DNA of 64,000 bases from a virus, in the IMG/VR virus record IMGVR_UViG_3300027816_000055, one strand, 5' to 3'. The notes beneath the pieces were generated by a model, which saw nothing but the letters and a program-made list of their open reading frames with translations, searched no databases and had not been told where the DNA came from. Position 1 is the stretch's first letter, and every line of letters starts with the position of its first letter. Both the position numbers and the translations under genes were made by a program. Positions 19,201 to 29,463 of the stretch are shown here, piece by piece.

Positions 19201-20307
19201 TTAATTTTTAGAACAAGTGGATCGTCAAGAGCAACTATTACCAATGATGGCAAATTTATCATCGGTGGAACCGGAAATGGTGATGGTGATTTGACCATTG
19301 CTGATGCAAAAACATTATCAATTGGAAACAAAACTGGATATCACAACATATATCTTCAAAAACCGCTTGTTATTGATACAAACTATCAGCGATTACATTT
19401 TGGTACTCGTTGGTATTGGGATTTTGCAAACAATATATGGACTTCTTCAATTTCACCAAATACTGATAATCCTGATTGGACAGCAATTGATACATTATCC
19501 AATTATTTTAGTTTTAAAGTTGGTAGTATTACTGGAAGTACAACATCACTTAATACATCAAGTTATAATGCAGCCGAACGTGTTCGTATAACAACCTCTG
19601 GAATACAATTATTTAATAGCGGATCAGACACAGAATTGAGAATTGTCACCAATGATGATATATCAGATCCTAAAATTACATTTTATAGTGGATCGGATGC
19701 AATGTGGGTTGCAGGGGTTGATGATAGTGATGGCAATAAATTTAAAATTAATCAAGGACTGTTGTTGGCTAGTAGTAATGTTATTACCGTTACAACAGGT
19801 AGTAACGTTGGTATTGGAACAACAGTTCCTGTAAACAGATTAGACGTTAGTGGAAATATTAGTTGTAGTACTATCACTGCAAGTTTACTTGGTACAAGTA
19901 GTTGGTCAACTAATGCAAATACTGCTAGTTATTTGACTCCAGCAAATAGTTATCAAATTACTAATCTAACTGCAAGTGGAGAAATAATTTATCGAAATGC
20001 TGTATTATTAGATTTTGGTTCTTCTACCATGCCTACAACTATTAGTGTTGTATTACAAAACGCCACTGGTAGTTATAACGCTGCATTTTTTGATTATGCA
20101 ATTTTTAGTGCAAGCAATTCTCGCGCAGGTACAATTGTAAGTACATGGAATAGCGGATCAATTGTTTATAACGAAACATGCACAACAGATATTGGTGCCA
20201 CAAGCGCAATATCGATGGCAGTTGTATTAAGTGCCGGTAATGTTCAATTAATGGCATCTGGTAGTGTAACAAATTGGAATATTAAAGCATCTGGAAGATA
20301 TATATAA
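16207..20307 (+). CDS. Fibre protein 2 with a discoidin (F5/8 type C)-like carbohydrate-binding domain
   Basis: 1366 aa; SIDFG...YRIEYSTDNVNWT...RYIRLIV; repeated GNVGIGTTxP...LDV.GN modules. Confidence 0.8.
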   Translation: MPIGSTVVYNAGDLILSTVSSSGNTFQENKIAAATSSIILFNSNGLISSQSLNSTTVGTASFLNATNAVVTNLTASNIDNTYLFNDYTIEKYGFTDVAKGRTPTITAGSLFSGGPTYRNITSYWTIPTSSITSPFPTMSIDFGSSILQCQYVTFGTWYKVDTSQIPYSYRIEYSTDNVNWTLAASSSTNTDTAPVHSLGAAPTIRYIRLIVLSGQTSASVPNGYNSQVSAFRVYSFAGSYTSDNIWAQRGDGAVAYTAFNGNIGIGTISPTATLTVSGSISASNSYTLTTVGIGSNLIVGTTGTFGQGLTVGGNISASGNISSSVFVGPHTGSTFGTASWAQSASFATTASFVNISALNAFVQGGNSFGATATLGTNDANSLVLETNGTPQLTINSGGKFGMGTSPVATVKLALSDSHLGALGSSSLYLSTTQNASAIGNNSNTQGISNEYFIIGNTSGSNQIQGIFNNTYITATGTQTASVRSLRNNISINSPVTMSSNSSIVNGLFLNQFNMPDGASSVSIPDYRIINTNLSAIGSFVPSGSISNFYDILAGGMDSTIGSALSVSNAYGVFISSRRQSGGSVTNSWGVYQVGTNDNNYFAGNVGIGITNPTNDLAIAGTVSASAITASTISASNLNVLTTVGIGSNLIVGTNATFGQDITVGTNISASGNISASTSWVGRSSVFGLSNPAASLEVIGPANISGTFAVLASSGDNTASVFTVYGDNNPRTPRFTISRAGNVGIGTTNPENRLDVVGNISASAITASTINSQGNIFGIRSTTHPLYLYDNATNIIIARITNNTPGVGSSTDFILRSGSTDVVRLSTLQSSYLNGGNVGIGTAAPLANLHVYTGSTGPTSTHQVEFSSAGSKRILFLTNAGGASYNPIVASGDSGIIFASGSISSSQCFFIAPWNSTATGITISGSGQVGIGTSDPRGTLHVVGNITASSITASLQGTSSWATNSLTASFVNISALNAFVQGGNSFGTTATLGTNDNNNLIFRTSGSSRATITNDGKFIIGGTGNGDGDLTIADAKTLSIGNKTGYHNIYLQKPLVIDTNYQRLHFGTRWYWDFANNIWTSSISPNTDNPDWTAIDTLSNYFSFKVGSITGSTTSLNTSSYNAAERVRITTSGIQLFNSGSDTELRIVTNDDISDPKITFYSGSDAMWVAGVDDSDGNKFKINQGLLLASSNVITVTTGSNVGIGTTVPVNRLDVSGNISCSTITASLLGTSSWSTNANTASYLTPANSYQITNLTASGEIIYRNAVLLDFGSSTMPTTISVVLQNATGSYNAAFFDYAIFSASNSRAGTIVSTWNSGSIVYNETCTTDIGATSAISMAVVLSAGNVQLMASGSVTNWNIKASGRYI

Positions 20308-20365
20308 CAATAGTAACAACAATAATAACATATTGTTTTTCTGGAGAGTGAAGGAAAAATAAATT

Positions 20366-23300
20366 ATGAGTAATGAATTCGTAGTAAAAAATGGGCTTAT
20401 AAGCCAAGGTAATATCACCGGCACAGGTAGTCTGGTGGTTTCTCAAAATATAACTGCAAGCAATATCACAGCTAGTGGTATTTCAACCGCAAATGGATAT
20501 GTAGTAATTGGTGAAGATATTGCCTTTCCTCAATCAAGAGATAGTTATTATGCTGGTTATTCGGGAAATCCTGCTGCGGGTCCATCAAGTGTAATTGAAA
20601 TGATGCAAGCATTGTCAAATGCAATAGGTGTAAATGATCCATTAAGATTTAGAACGATTTCATCTCCCGAATATTACAGTGCAAGTGCTTGGCATACTGA
20701 TACAACTCCACCACCATATGGAAGATTATTTGATGGAAACGCAAACAGTACCGTTGATCTTATTACACAAGCTGAAAGTCAAAGTTTTGAAAAAACAATA
20801 AAAAGATTTGTAATTAGTTTTCCACAATATTCCCGTCCAAATTTTGTAATGCTTCAAAGTGATTTTCAAAATAATTTTTATGGATATGGTGTGCAGATTG
20901 AGAAGCAAAGTGCGAGTGTATGGTTGCCAGCAGTAAGTGGTAGCCAAAATATGGCAAATGGAAGTGCTAGAGTAATGGCATTTCAACTTGGTGATTTATT
21001 TAACGCGGATGCATTGCGGTTTACTTTTACGGCAAGTGCAGCACTGGTCATAAATGGTGGTATTAGTGGATCTCTTCGATTAAATTCAATACGAAGTTTT
21101 GGAAATCAAAATTATAGTTCAACGATTCCAGTTTATACAAATAGTGGATCTCAATTAATTTCTAATAATAACGTTGGTATCGGTAGTGTAGCACCTAGAA
21201 ATCGTTTGGATGTGGCTGGTAACATTAGCGCAAGTGCAATTACAGCGTCAGCTATAAGCGCAAGTAATTTAAATGTATTAACGTCGGTTGGTATTGGATC
21301 AAATTTGATCGTTGGAACCAATGCAACAATTGGTACTAGTTTAACTGTTGGTACTAATATCAGTGCAAGTGGAAATATTAGTGCTAGTGTATTTGTTGGC
21401 CCTCATACTGGCAGTACCTTTGGTACTGCAAGCTGGGCACAAAGTGCAAGTAATGCAGTTAGTTCACAAACTGCGTCATTTCTTCCAGTTGGAACATACA
21501 ACATAACAAGTAGCTTGGCAACAAATAGTATTAGTTCATCCTATTTTAGTGGGAGCGTATTGAGTGCAAGTAACGCATTTGTTAGTGGTACGCTATCAGT
21601 AAATGGACAAATTGTTGCAACAGCATTTAGTTCTAGTACAATTTATATTACCGCAAGCTCATTGATCGTTGGAGATAATATTATTACTTTAAATGCCGCA
21701 ACACCAGCACTCCGTTATGCTGGTATCGAAGCATACGACAGTGGAAGCTCAACATTAACTAGTTTATTATGGGATAGTCAAAATAACTATTTTTTTGTTA
21801 GCAGTAGTCAGGCAAATGCAAGTCGTCAGATCATACTTGGTCCAACTGGCGAAACTGCGTTGTCTGAAAATTACATTCCATTAATTAGTGGAAGTAACAA
21901 TATTAGCTCAAGTGTAATTTATCAAAATTCCGGTAACATTGCTATAGGTACAACTGTGCCAACTGGATCGTTAACTGTTGAGAATTCTACGTCTACAATT
22001 CCTATTTTATCATTGGGTGGAGGTGAAGCTTTACTTGATGTTGCGGATTTATATGTTTTAAATTCATTCAATACCTCTAGCGGTGTTGGATTTGGTGCTA
22101 AAGTTATTGGTATAAATATATCTTCATCATTAGATGCAAGCAATATACCAATACAAAGAACAGTTTGGAGTGGCGTAAATTCAGCAACTGCAATTGTACT
22201 ATCCGCAGACGATCCGGGTGGTGGGCCGCAAGATAATGCATTTCAAATCTGGACATCCAATGGTGGATCAGCAGGTACAGCATTAACTCAAAAATTCTCA
22301 CTAACCGCAGAAGGTAATGCTGGTATTGGAACAACATCTCCTGTCAATAGACTAGATGTTGCCGGAAATATTAGTGCCAGTGCTATTACTGCAAGTAATT
22401 TTTTGGGTACATCAAGCTGGGCAACTAATACCGTCAGTGCAAGTTATTTGATTCCGACTAACAATTATCAAATTGCTACTCTGACAGCAAGTAATATTAG
22501 TGCTAGTGGAACTGGATTGTTTAATAGCGTTGGCATTGGAACAACAAATCCTCGGGGAGGTGGGCTGCACGTAAATACAGTTAATGGATCTGCTGCAAAT
22601 GAATACTCCGCGTTGGTTATTTCGGCAAATGTAAGTTCTTCAAGAGGAATAAACATTGCATATGATGCAACAAATGACGTTGGTATTATAACTGCGCTTC
22701 ATGCTGGAACAGGATGGAAAAACATAACGTTGCAACCAGTTAGCGGTCAGGTTGGTATCGGTGTTGTCGCTCCGGTAAACAAACTAGATGTTGGTGGTAA
22801 TATTAGTTGCAGTATTATTACTGCATCGTTATTTAGTGGAAGTCATAGCGGCAGTACCTTTGGTACTGCAAGCTGGGCACAAAGTTCAAGTAATGCAGTT
22901 AGTTCAAGTATTGCTACAACCGCTGTCAGTGCAAATGCGCTAAACACAGCTAATAGTTACACGATTGTAAATTTAACTGCAAGTAATATTAGTGCAAGCG
23001 GTAATGTGACTGCGAGTAATTTGTATGCACTTACAACAGTTGGCATTGGATCAAATTTAATAGTAGGTACTAACATAACAGTGGGTGGCAGCACCGAACT
23101 CGGAAATGCACTTACTGATACAGTGACTATCTCAGGCAGTGTAATTCAAACAGGAAGTTTTACGACAGCAGGTTCAATCACCGTTGGTGCCAATATTAGT
23201 GCAAGTGGAAACATAAGCGCAAGTGTATTCAGCGGTCCACATACTGGTAGTACTTTTGGTACTGCAAGTTGGGCAACAAATAGTTTAACAGCAAGTAGTA

Positions 23301-26300
23301 TTGCTTCTACAAGCAATGCATTTGTTCAAGGTGGAAATAGTTTTGGTACAACTGCCGCACTCGGAACCAATGATGCAAATAATTTAGCATTTGAAACAAA
23401 TGGAACCACTAGAATGACAATTGGAAGTGGTGGTCAAATTGGTATTGATAGAGGTGTAAGTGGACTTTATAAAGTAGGAATTGCTGATACTCAACTTTCA
23501 TCAAATAGCTCTTCATCTCTTTATATTATTACCACACATCCACAAACAAGTGGTTCGGCCACAAGCAATAACACTTCAACTATTCAAACAATATATTCGG
23601 TAACAGAATATACCGGTAGTAATGATCTACAAAATCAATGTATTTTCAATCAATTACAAATGAATGGCACTGGTAGTGCAAGTGGTAGTTATCGAGCACT
23701 GCGTAATGGTTTATTGCTTGGAAACTCTGTCGCGTTGGCTACAAATAGTAGTTTTGTTAATACAAATTGTACAAACCAAGTCAGTCCAAATATTGCATCA
23801 TTCAGTGTTCCGACTTGGGTTGCGGGAACAAATACATCTATCGATTTGATCATTGGCAATTCAACAGGTAGTATTACAAATGTGTACCATCATTTAATTA
23901 ATTCTCCATTTTCAATTGGTCTAGGTGGTATAACTGTTACAAATGCAGTTGGTGTATACATTTCAAAACAAAGAACCACAGGTATTGTCACAAACGGTTA
24001 TGGTATTTATCAAGTTGATACTGGTGATTTAAATATATTCGCTGGTAGAACCCGTATTGGCAGCACAACAGCACCAGTTAATGCGTTGGATGTTTCAGGT
24101 AATATTAGTGCCAGCGTTATTACTGCTTCTTTGTTTACCGGAAGTGTAAGTGGAAGTTTGTTTGGTACTGCAAGTTGGGCACAAAGTGCAAGTAATGCAG
24201 TTAGTTCACAAACTGCATCATTTCTGACAATTACTAATAATTATCAAGTTAACAATTTCACTGCAAGTAATATAAATGTTACAAGTACTGGTAGTTTTGG
24301 TTATGTTGGTATAGGCACAACCAATCCCGGTACTGTATTGGATGTTGTTAATCCTCTAACTTCTTTAACAAATCAACCAGCAATTAGCGGAAGATTTTCA
24401 TCCAATGTGGATGGTCGTAATTTAATACGTGTTGTTAATACTAACCCTAATGCAGTTGCGGCAGCAACAAATGCCGGTATTTCATTTGTTGCGTATTCAA
24501 ACACCAGTGTACAACCATTTACTTCATCACATGAAGCGCAAATATTATTAGGTGCTACAAGTGCCGGTGGCGATTTAAAAATTATTGCACCAATAGGAAT
24601 GTCTTTTAATGTTAGTGCGTCTAACGTTGTAATGACAGGTAGTAGTTATGCTAACTATGGCAACACTGCTATGACAATTGCGGCTACTGGTAATGTTGGT
24701 ATAAGTTCAACTGCACCAGTAAACAAACTTGATGTCGGTGGAAACATTAGTGCTAGTGTAATTACTGCTTCTTTATTTAGTGGAAGTGTCAGTGGAAGTG
24801 TATTCGGCACATCAAGTTGGGCAACCAATGCTACAACGGCAAATTCGTTGACTACTGGTAATAGTTATCAAATTACTAATCTAACTGCAAGTGGAAATAT
24901 TAGTGCAAGTGGGTTTATCGGACAGTTAACAGGAAGTGTTCTTGGCACATCAAGTTGGGCGTCAACTGCAAATGCGCTAAATTCAGTCAATACATATACT
25001 GTTTCTGGATTAAATATTAACACCGGTAATTTAACGATGGGTAGTGCCACGGAAATTTTATTATCCGATGGCGATCAAACCACACCCGGATTAGCATTTA
25101 ATGCAGACGCCAATACTGGTATTTATAGAGTAGCTAATGATACAATTGGATTTACAACAAACGGTACATTAAAATTGGATATTAATTCTAATGATATTAG
25201 TTCTAGTATACCTATCTCTGCAAGTGTATTCGTAGGACCACATACTGGAAGTACATTTGGTACATCAAGCTGGGCAACTAATACTGTTACAGCAAGTTAT
25301 TTGATACCAACCAACAATTATCAAATTGCTACGTTGACGGCAAGTAATATTAGTGCTAGTAGTATAACCGGTAGTTTTAATGGAACTATCAGTAACGCAA
25401 GCACTGCTAGTTATTTGACAATCGCAAACAGTTATCAAATTAATAATTTGACTGCAAGTGCAATAAGCGCAAGTAATTTTATGTCTGCTAGTAATGTTTG
25501 GTTTGGTAACAGCATGGTATTTGTTGAAGTGATGCCAACTGGATCAATAACATCCCCAGACATATATTTTAGTAGTAGTGCTATTACCGCATCCGATGTA
25601 ATGTTTAGAATTGAGGCAGGCGCAAGAACAGGTAGTATGGTTGCACTGCATATTATTTCTACCGGCTCATTGGGGTCGATTGCAATCAGTGCTAGTAGAG
25701 GAGATATTGTTGGAACAAACTTTACTGGTAGTATTTTTAGTGGAAGTTTTTCTGGAAATGCAACTACTGCAACTACTGCAACTACTGCGAATGCGTTAAA
25801 CACCGCTAATAGCTATAGAATTACGAATCTTACTGCAAGCAATATAAGTGCAAGTGGAACTATTAGTGGAAGTGATGGTTCGTATAACAGATTATTTTCT
25901 ACTTCTATTACTGCAAGTGCAATGAGTGCTAGTAGTTTCATGTCTGCTAGTAATGTTTGGTTTGGTAACAGCATGACATATGTTGAAGTGATGCCAACGG
26001 GTTCATTAACAGCACCAGACGTATATTTTAGCAGTAGTGCTATTACTTCATCAGATGTAATGTTTAGAATCGAAGCCGGTGCAAGAACCGGCAGTATGGT
26101 TGCATTACATATTATTTCTACTGGTTCATTGGAATCAATTGCTATTAGTGCTAGTAGTGGCAATATTGTTGGAACAAACTTTACTGGTAGTATTTTTAGT
26201 GGAACTAGTTTTTCTGGAAGTTTGTTTGGTACAAGCAGTTGGGCAGCAACTGCAAGCGCATTAAACACATTCAATAGTTATCAAGTTACCAATTTTACGG

Positions 26301-27070
26301 CAAGCAATATCACGGCAAGTACTATGCGCTTTTCAGTATTAAGTGGTTCAAACGGTGGTATAGTAATTAATTCTAGTGATCCATCCGCAGCTATTAATCC
26401 AAGAATTTTTTATAATTATGGTAATGGCGGTGGCGGAGATTTTACTTCTGTTTCTGCAAGTACTGAACATCAATCATTTGGATTTAATAGTGCGGGTACT
26501 TTTGGTGGCACTGTAAATCAACAAAGCGGTAGAACAATATACTTTTTTGATCGTATAAGCAGTACATTTTATGGTGGTATATCTGGTAATGATAGAGGAT
26601 TTTACTGGGGAACGAGTAATACTGCGTTTTCACTAAAAGTATTGCCACCCGGAGCATCTACTGTTCCTGTTACTATTAAAGGCGCAGCGGGACAAACTAC
26701 AAGAATTTTATCAGTCACCGATTCGGCTGATTCAATATTAATGACTGTAAGTTCTAGTGGTCGGGTTGGTATTGGAACGAGTGATCCGGCAGCAACATTT
26801 GATTCTAACGGCGATGGTATATTAAGAGGCAATGTTGGTATTGGAGGTGTGGCCGGCACAGATGGCACTGCCACTGTTCGTTTAAACATTATCGGTACTG
26901 GTAATACACAAACAGCATTACGATTTGATAACGTAAATGGTATCGGTACGACAACATCTGCTGGTAGAGCACTTGCTGGATTTATTCGTTGCTATGTAAA
27001 TAGCAACGTAAGTGATGGAGGCGCAAACGCATTCGCAGCTAACGTATATTATATTCCAGTCTATTCATAA
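20366..27070 (+). CDS. Giant fibre protein 3
   Basis: 2234 aa; MSNEFVVKNGLI start; many GIGTTxP and FGTASWA repeats; internal duplication. Confidence 0.8.
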   Translation: MSNEFVVKNGLISQGNITGTGSLVVSQNITASNITASGISTANGYVVIGEDIAFPQSRDSYYAGYSGNPAAGPSSVIEMMQALSNAIGVNDPLRFRTISSPEYYSASAWHTDTTPPPYGRLFDGNANSTVDLITQAESQSFEKTIKRFVISFPQYSRPNFVMLQSDFQNNFYGYGVQIEKQSASVWLPAVSGSQNMANGSARVMAFQLGDLFNADALRFTFTASAALVINGGISGSLRLNSIRSFGNQNYSSTIPVYTNSGSQLISNNNVGIGSVAPRNRLDVAGNISASAITASAISASNLNVLTSVGIGSNLIVGTNATIGTSLTVGTNISASGNISASVFVGPHTGSTFGTASWAQSASNAVSSQTASFLPVGTYNITSSLATNSISSSYFSGSVLSASNAFVSGTLSVNGQIVATAFSSSTIYITASSLIVGDNIITLNAATPALRYAGIEAYDSGSSTLTSLLWDSQNNYFFVSSSQANASRQIILGPTGETALSENYIPLISGSNNISSSVIYQNSGNIAIGTTVPTGSLTVENSTSTIPILSLGGGEALLDVADLYVLNSFNTSSGVGFGAKVIGINISSSLDASNIPIQRTVWSGVNSATAIVLSADDPGGGPQDNAFQIWTSNGGSAGTALTQKFSLTAEGNAGIGTTSPVNRLDVAGNISASAITASNFLGTSSWATNTVSASYLIPTNNYQIATLTASNISASGTGLFNSVGIGTTNPRGGGLHVNTVNGSAANEYSALVISANVSSSRGINIAYDATNDVGIITALHAGTGWKNITLQPVSGQVGIGVVAPVNKLDVGGNISCSIITASLFSGSHSGSTFGTASWAQSSSNAVSSSIATTAVSANALNTANSYTIVNLTASNISASGNVTASNLYALTTVGIGSNLIVGTNITVGGSTELGNALTDTVTISGSVIQTGSFTTAGSITVGANISASGNISASVFSGPHTGSTFGTASWATNSLTASSIASTSNAFVQGGNSFGTTAALGTNDANNLAFETNGTTRMTIGSGGQIGIDRGVSGLYKVGIADTQLSSNSSSSLYIITTHPQTSGSATSNNTSTIQTIYSVTEYTGSNDLQNQCIFNQLQMNGTGSASGSYRALRNGLLLGNSVALATNSSFVNTNCTNQVSPNIASFSVPTWVAGTNTSIDLIIGNSTGSITNVYHHLINSPFSIGLGGITVTNAVGVYISKQRTTGIVTNGYGIYQVDTGDLNIFAGRTRIGSTTAPVNALDVSGNISASVITASLFTGSVSGSLFGTASWAQSASNAVSSQTASFLTITNNYQVNNFTASNINVTSTGSFGYVGIGTTNPGTVLDVVNPLTSLTNQPAISGRFSSNVDGRNLIRVVNTNPNAVAAATNAGISFVAYSNTSVQPFTSSHEAQILLGATSAGGDLKIIAPIGMSFNVSASNVVMTGSSYANYGNTAMTIAATGNVGISSTAPVNKLDVGGNISASVITASLFSGSVSGSVFGTSSWATNATTANSLTTGNSYQITNLTASGNISASGFIGQLTGSVLGTSSWASTANALNSVNTYTVSGLNINTGNLTMGSATEILLSDGDQTTPGLAFNADANTGIYRVANDTIGFTTNGTLKLDINSNDISSSIPISASVFVGPHTGSTFGTSSWATNTVTASYLIPTNNYQIATLTASNISASSITGSFNGTISNASTASYLTIANSYQINNLTASAISASNFMSASNVWFGNSMVFVEVMPTGSITSPDIYFSSSAITASDVMFRIEAGARTGSMVALHIISTGSLGSIAISASRGDIVGTNFTGSIFSGSFSGNATTATTATTANALNTANSYRITNLTASNISASGTISGSDGSYNRLFSTSITASAMSASSFMSASNVWFGNSMTYVEVMPTGSLTAPDVYFSSSAITSSDVMFRIEAGARTGSMVALHIISTGSLESIAISASSGNIVGTNFTGSIFSGTSFSGSLFGTSSWAATASALNTFNSYQVTNFTASNITASTMRFSVLSGSNGGIVINSSDPSAAINPRIFYNYGNGGGGDFTSVSASTEHQSFGFNSAGTFGGTVNQQSGRTIYFFDRISSTFYGGISGNDRGFYWGTSNTAFSLKVLPPGASTVPVTIKGAAGQTTRILSVTDSADSILMTVSSSGRVGIGTSDPAATFDSNGDGILRGNVGIGGVAGTDGTATVRLNIIGTGNTQTALRFDNVNGIGTTTSAGRALAGFIRCYVNSNVSDGGANAFAANVYYIPVYS
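25481..26204 (+). repeat. Internal duplication of about 265 nt in fibre 3 (25481-25746 and 25940-26204)
   Basis: Both copies encode MSASNVWFGNSM...FRIEAGARTGSMVALHIISTGSL...VGTNFTGSIFSG; offset 459 nt. Confidence 0.9.
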
Positions 27071-27075
27071 ACTAT

Positions 27076-27336
27076 ATGACTACAAAAATTATTATTTCTC
27101 GATTTGAATTAATCGACAATCCACCAACCGGAAAAGTAGTTGGTTTTACTATAAAAAATTTAGATAATGAATTTTCAGATTATACTGAAACCATAATGTC
27201 TATAGCTGAATGCGTAGATAAAACCGATAACGAAATATGTCAACTTGCATATTTAAAAATAAAATTACAAATTGAAAATATTATTAATAAATTGAATACA
27301 CGATCTACTATTTTAGGTAGTGAATTTGTGCCTTAA
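27076..27336 (+). CDS. Small fibre-associated hypothetical protein (possible chaperone)
   Basis: 86 aa, 5 nt after the fibre 3 stop. Confidence 0.55.
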   Translation: MTTKIIISRFELIDNPPTGKVVGFTIKNLDNEFSDYTETIMSIAECVDKTDNEICQLAYLKIKLQIENIINKLNTRSTILGSEFVP

Positions 27337-27343
27337 AATATAA

Positions 27344-28366
27344 ATGAAACACGTTACAATTTCCAGTGTATATAATTTTGAATCTGGCTATAATGTATTA
27401 TTAAAAGGGTTATTAGATAATTTACCAAAAAATAATTATTCAATAAGACCTCGTTCTTATAGCAAAGTTACTTCTGATTTTCAACGATATTTTGAAAATG
27501 TTGTTTATCGAAAAGAAGATTGTAATTTATTATTGTTGCCGCCGTGCAATCAAATAGATAGCGTTCATCCATTATTTAATATAGTACCGGCAAAAAACAC
27601 TATTTTTTTTACAATGTGGGAGAGTAGTAGATTTACTGATATTTTTATAGATAAATCAAATACTATGCAGGCAATGATTGTTCCGAATAAATGGAACAAG
27701 CAATCATTAGAATTACAGGGATGTAACGTACCGATTCATATAGTTCCGTTGTTTATAGATGATAAAGTATTTAATTATCAAGAGCCGATTGTTCAAAATA
27801 AATTTATTTTTGGAACAGCAAATGACGATCCGCGCAAACGAGTAAATGAAACAATTAAATGTTTTATTAAAGCATTTCCAAAAGAAAAGGATGTTGTTTT
27901 GAAAGTTAAACTTTCAAAAAATTCTATTATAAATAAGTTTACAGACGATAGAATAAAAATTATAACAGACAGTTACAGTCAACGTCAATTGGTTGATTTT
28001 TATGCGTCTTTAAATGTGTTTGTTAGTGGAGTTAGTTCAGAAGGATGGGGTTTACATCAACATGAGAGTATGGCATGTGGTAGACCTGTAATTGCTGCTT
28101 GTTATGCCGGGCTGGCAGAATTTATGACAGAAGAAAATAGTTTTTGTTTAAAATATAACGAAGTGCCAAGTACAGATTATTGGGAAACCCCCGGCGGCAA
28201 ATGGTCAAAATATGATGAAGATCACATGATCGAAACTATGCGATATTGTTATAATAATTCATCGTCTGTTTTCCAAAAAGGAATTATTGCTAGTGAAAAT
28301 GTTTCGCGTTTCAATGTGGCAAATTTTATAAGTGATATTTCTTCAGTAATTAATATTTATACTTAA
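27344..28366 (+). CDS. Glycosyltransferase, GT-B fold (GT4-like)
   Basis: FFTMWES, RKRV, SEGWGLHQHESMACGRPVI. Confidence 0.85.
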   Translation: MKHVTISSVYNFESGYNVLLKGLLDNLPKNNYSIRPRSYSKVTSDFQRYFENVVYRKEDCNLLLLPPCNQIDSVHPLFNIVPAKNTIFFTMWESSRFTDIFIDKSNTMQAMIVPNKWNKQSLELQGCNVPIHIVPLFIDDKVFNYQEPIVQNKFIFGTANDDPRKRVNETIKCFIKAFPKEKDVVLKVKLSKNSIINKFTDDRIKIITDSYSQRQLVDFYASLNVFVSGVSSEGWGLHQHESMACGRPVIAACYAGLAEFMTEENSFCLKYNEVPSTDYWETPGGKWSKYDEDHMIETMRYCYNNSSSVFQKGIIASENVSRFNVANFISDISSVINIYT

Positions 28367-28410
28367 TAATATATTATTGAGCGTTATTTAACAAGTAGAT
28401 TGAATTTGAA

Positions 28411-29067
28411 TCAATTAATTAATACTCTTGTTTTTTCGTGCCCTACAACAACAGTCGGATCGACATATAAACTATATCCATTTCTAATTATCGATCTGCA
28501 AAATGCAACATCTTCCATTGTAAAATCTTTTAAATTATTTCCGATGTTAACAAATTCAGGCCGAAACCAAGGATATTCAATAGATTCGGTTACTCCTTTT
28601 TTTATCAACATGAACCCCATTCCAGTATAATGAACTTGAATCAAGTCTTTTTTATTTTCTATATCATGTGGTTGTAGAAATTTAAAATATCCATGTTGTA
28701 AAAAATATGACTCATCCCAATTTTTGACCGTGGCATAGTTTAATCCATCTTCCATTAAATAAAGACCACTAACTACATCCTGTTTTCTATTCAACAAAGT
28801 TTTGAATTGCTCTACTGTAAATATTATATCACTATCGATCCACATTATATAATCATAATCTAATTGCCCGTTATATGGTTTTTGTAAAGTTCCATTTAGA
28901 ATATTTCCACCTAAACACATGTTTCTGACATAATAAATGTTACAACTATAATATTGTTGTAAACTAACACTAATTCCATTATTTATACACCACGCTAATA
29001 ATTCCGACCAGCATCTTAAAAAGCGTCCACTAAAACTTTTTCCCGGCAAACAAAAAACAATTTTCAT
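28411..29067 (-). CDS. Glycosyltransferase-like protein, GT-A fold
   Basis: MKIVFCLPG start, YIMWIDSDI (DxD), TGMGFMLIK, EDVAFC, VGHEK. Confidence 0.75.
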   Translation of the reverse strand: MKIVFCLPGKSFSGRFLRCWSELLAWCINNGISVSLQQYYSCNIYYVRNMCLGGNILNGTLQKPYNGQLDYDYIMWIDSDIIFTVEQFKTLLNRKQDVVSGLYLMEDGLNYATVKNWDESYFLQHGYFKFLQPHDIENKKDLIQVHYTGMGFMLIKKGVTESIEYPWFRPEFVNIGNNLKDFTMEDVAFCRSIIRNGYSLYVDPTVVVGHEKTRVLIN

Positions 29068-29156
29068 AAATAAAATAAAACAAATTCTGTATATACATAT
29101 ATGTATGTATATCAAACGAATTATTTTATTCGTTACAACAATAACTAGTTAAACAT

Positions 29157-29432
29157 ATGGCAGAACCAATCAAGTTACAAGAATCAGAGATGTTATCATT
29201 ACAAACTATTCAATCACGATACCAAGAAAAGGTATTCCAATTTGGCCAATTTTATTTGGAACGAATTGCATTGGATGAAAAAATCAAAAATCTAGCCGAC
29301 GCTGAAAATAAAGCGAAGGAAGAATTTTCTGTAATTCAGCAAGATGAACAAAAGTGGATGAATGATATTGCATCTAAATACGGAGACGGAAATCTTTCTT
29401 TGAAAGATGGTACATTCACTCCAAAATCATAA
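29157..29432 (+). CDS. Small coiled-coil hypothetical protein
   Basis: 91 aa, heptad pattern, ends KYGDGNLSLKDGTF. Confidence 0.7.
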   Translation: MAEPIKLQESEMLSLQTIQSRYQEKVFQFGQFYLERIALDEKIKNLADAENKAKEEFSVIQQDEQKWMNDIASKYGDGNLSLKDGTFTPKS

Positions 29433-29463
29433 ACAATCTGTAGTAATAAATTTGTTATATTTC

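Noticed and set aside
20308-20365. Purine-rich element GGAGAGTGAAGGA before fibre 3 as an ncRNA motif
   Set aside because: Single copy in the window; explainable as a ribosome-binding region
25481-26204. Possible diversity-generating retroelement template/variable repeat pair
   Set aside because: Differences are mostly synonymous and not adenine-specific, both copies lie in frame inside one gene, and no reverse transcriptase is present in the window
13683-27070. CRISPR-like or regularly spaced repeat array
   Set aside because: The repeats are degenerate, in-frame protein modules at irregular spacing
26800-27070. Peptidase S74 intramolecular chaperone at fibre C-termini
   Set aside because: No SD.RLK.NI-type motif at the end of any of the three fibres
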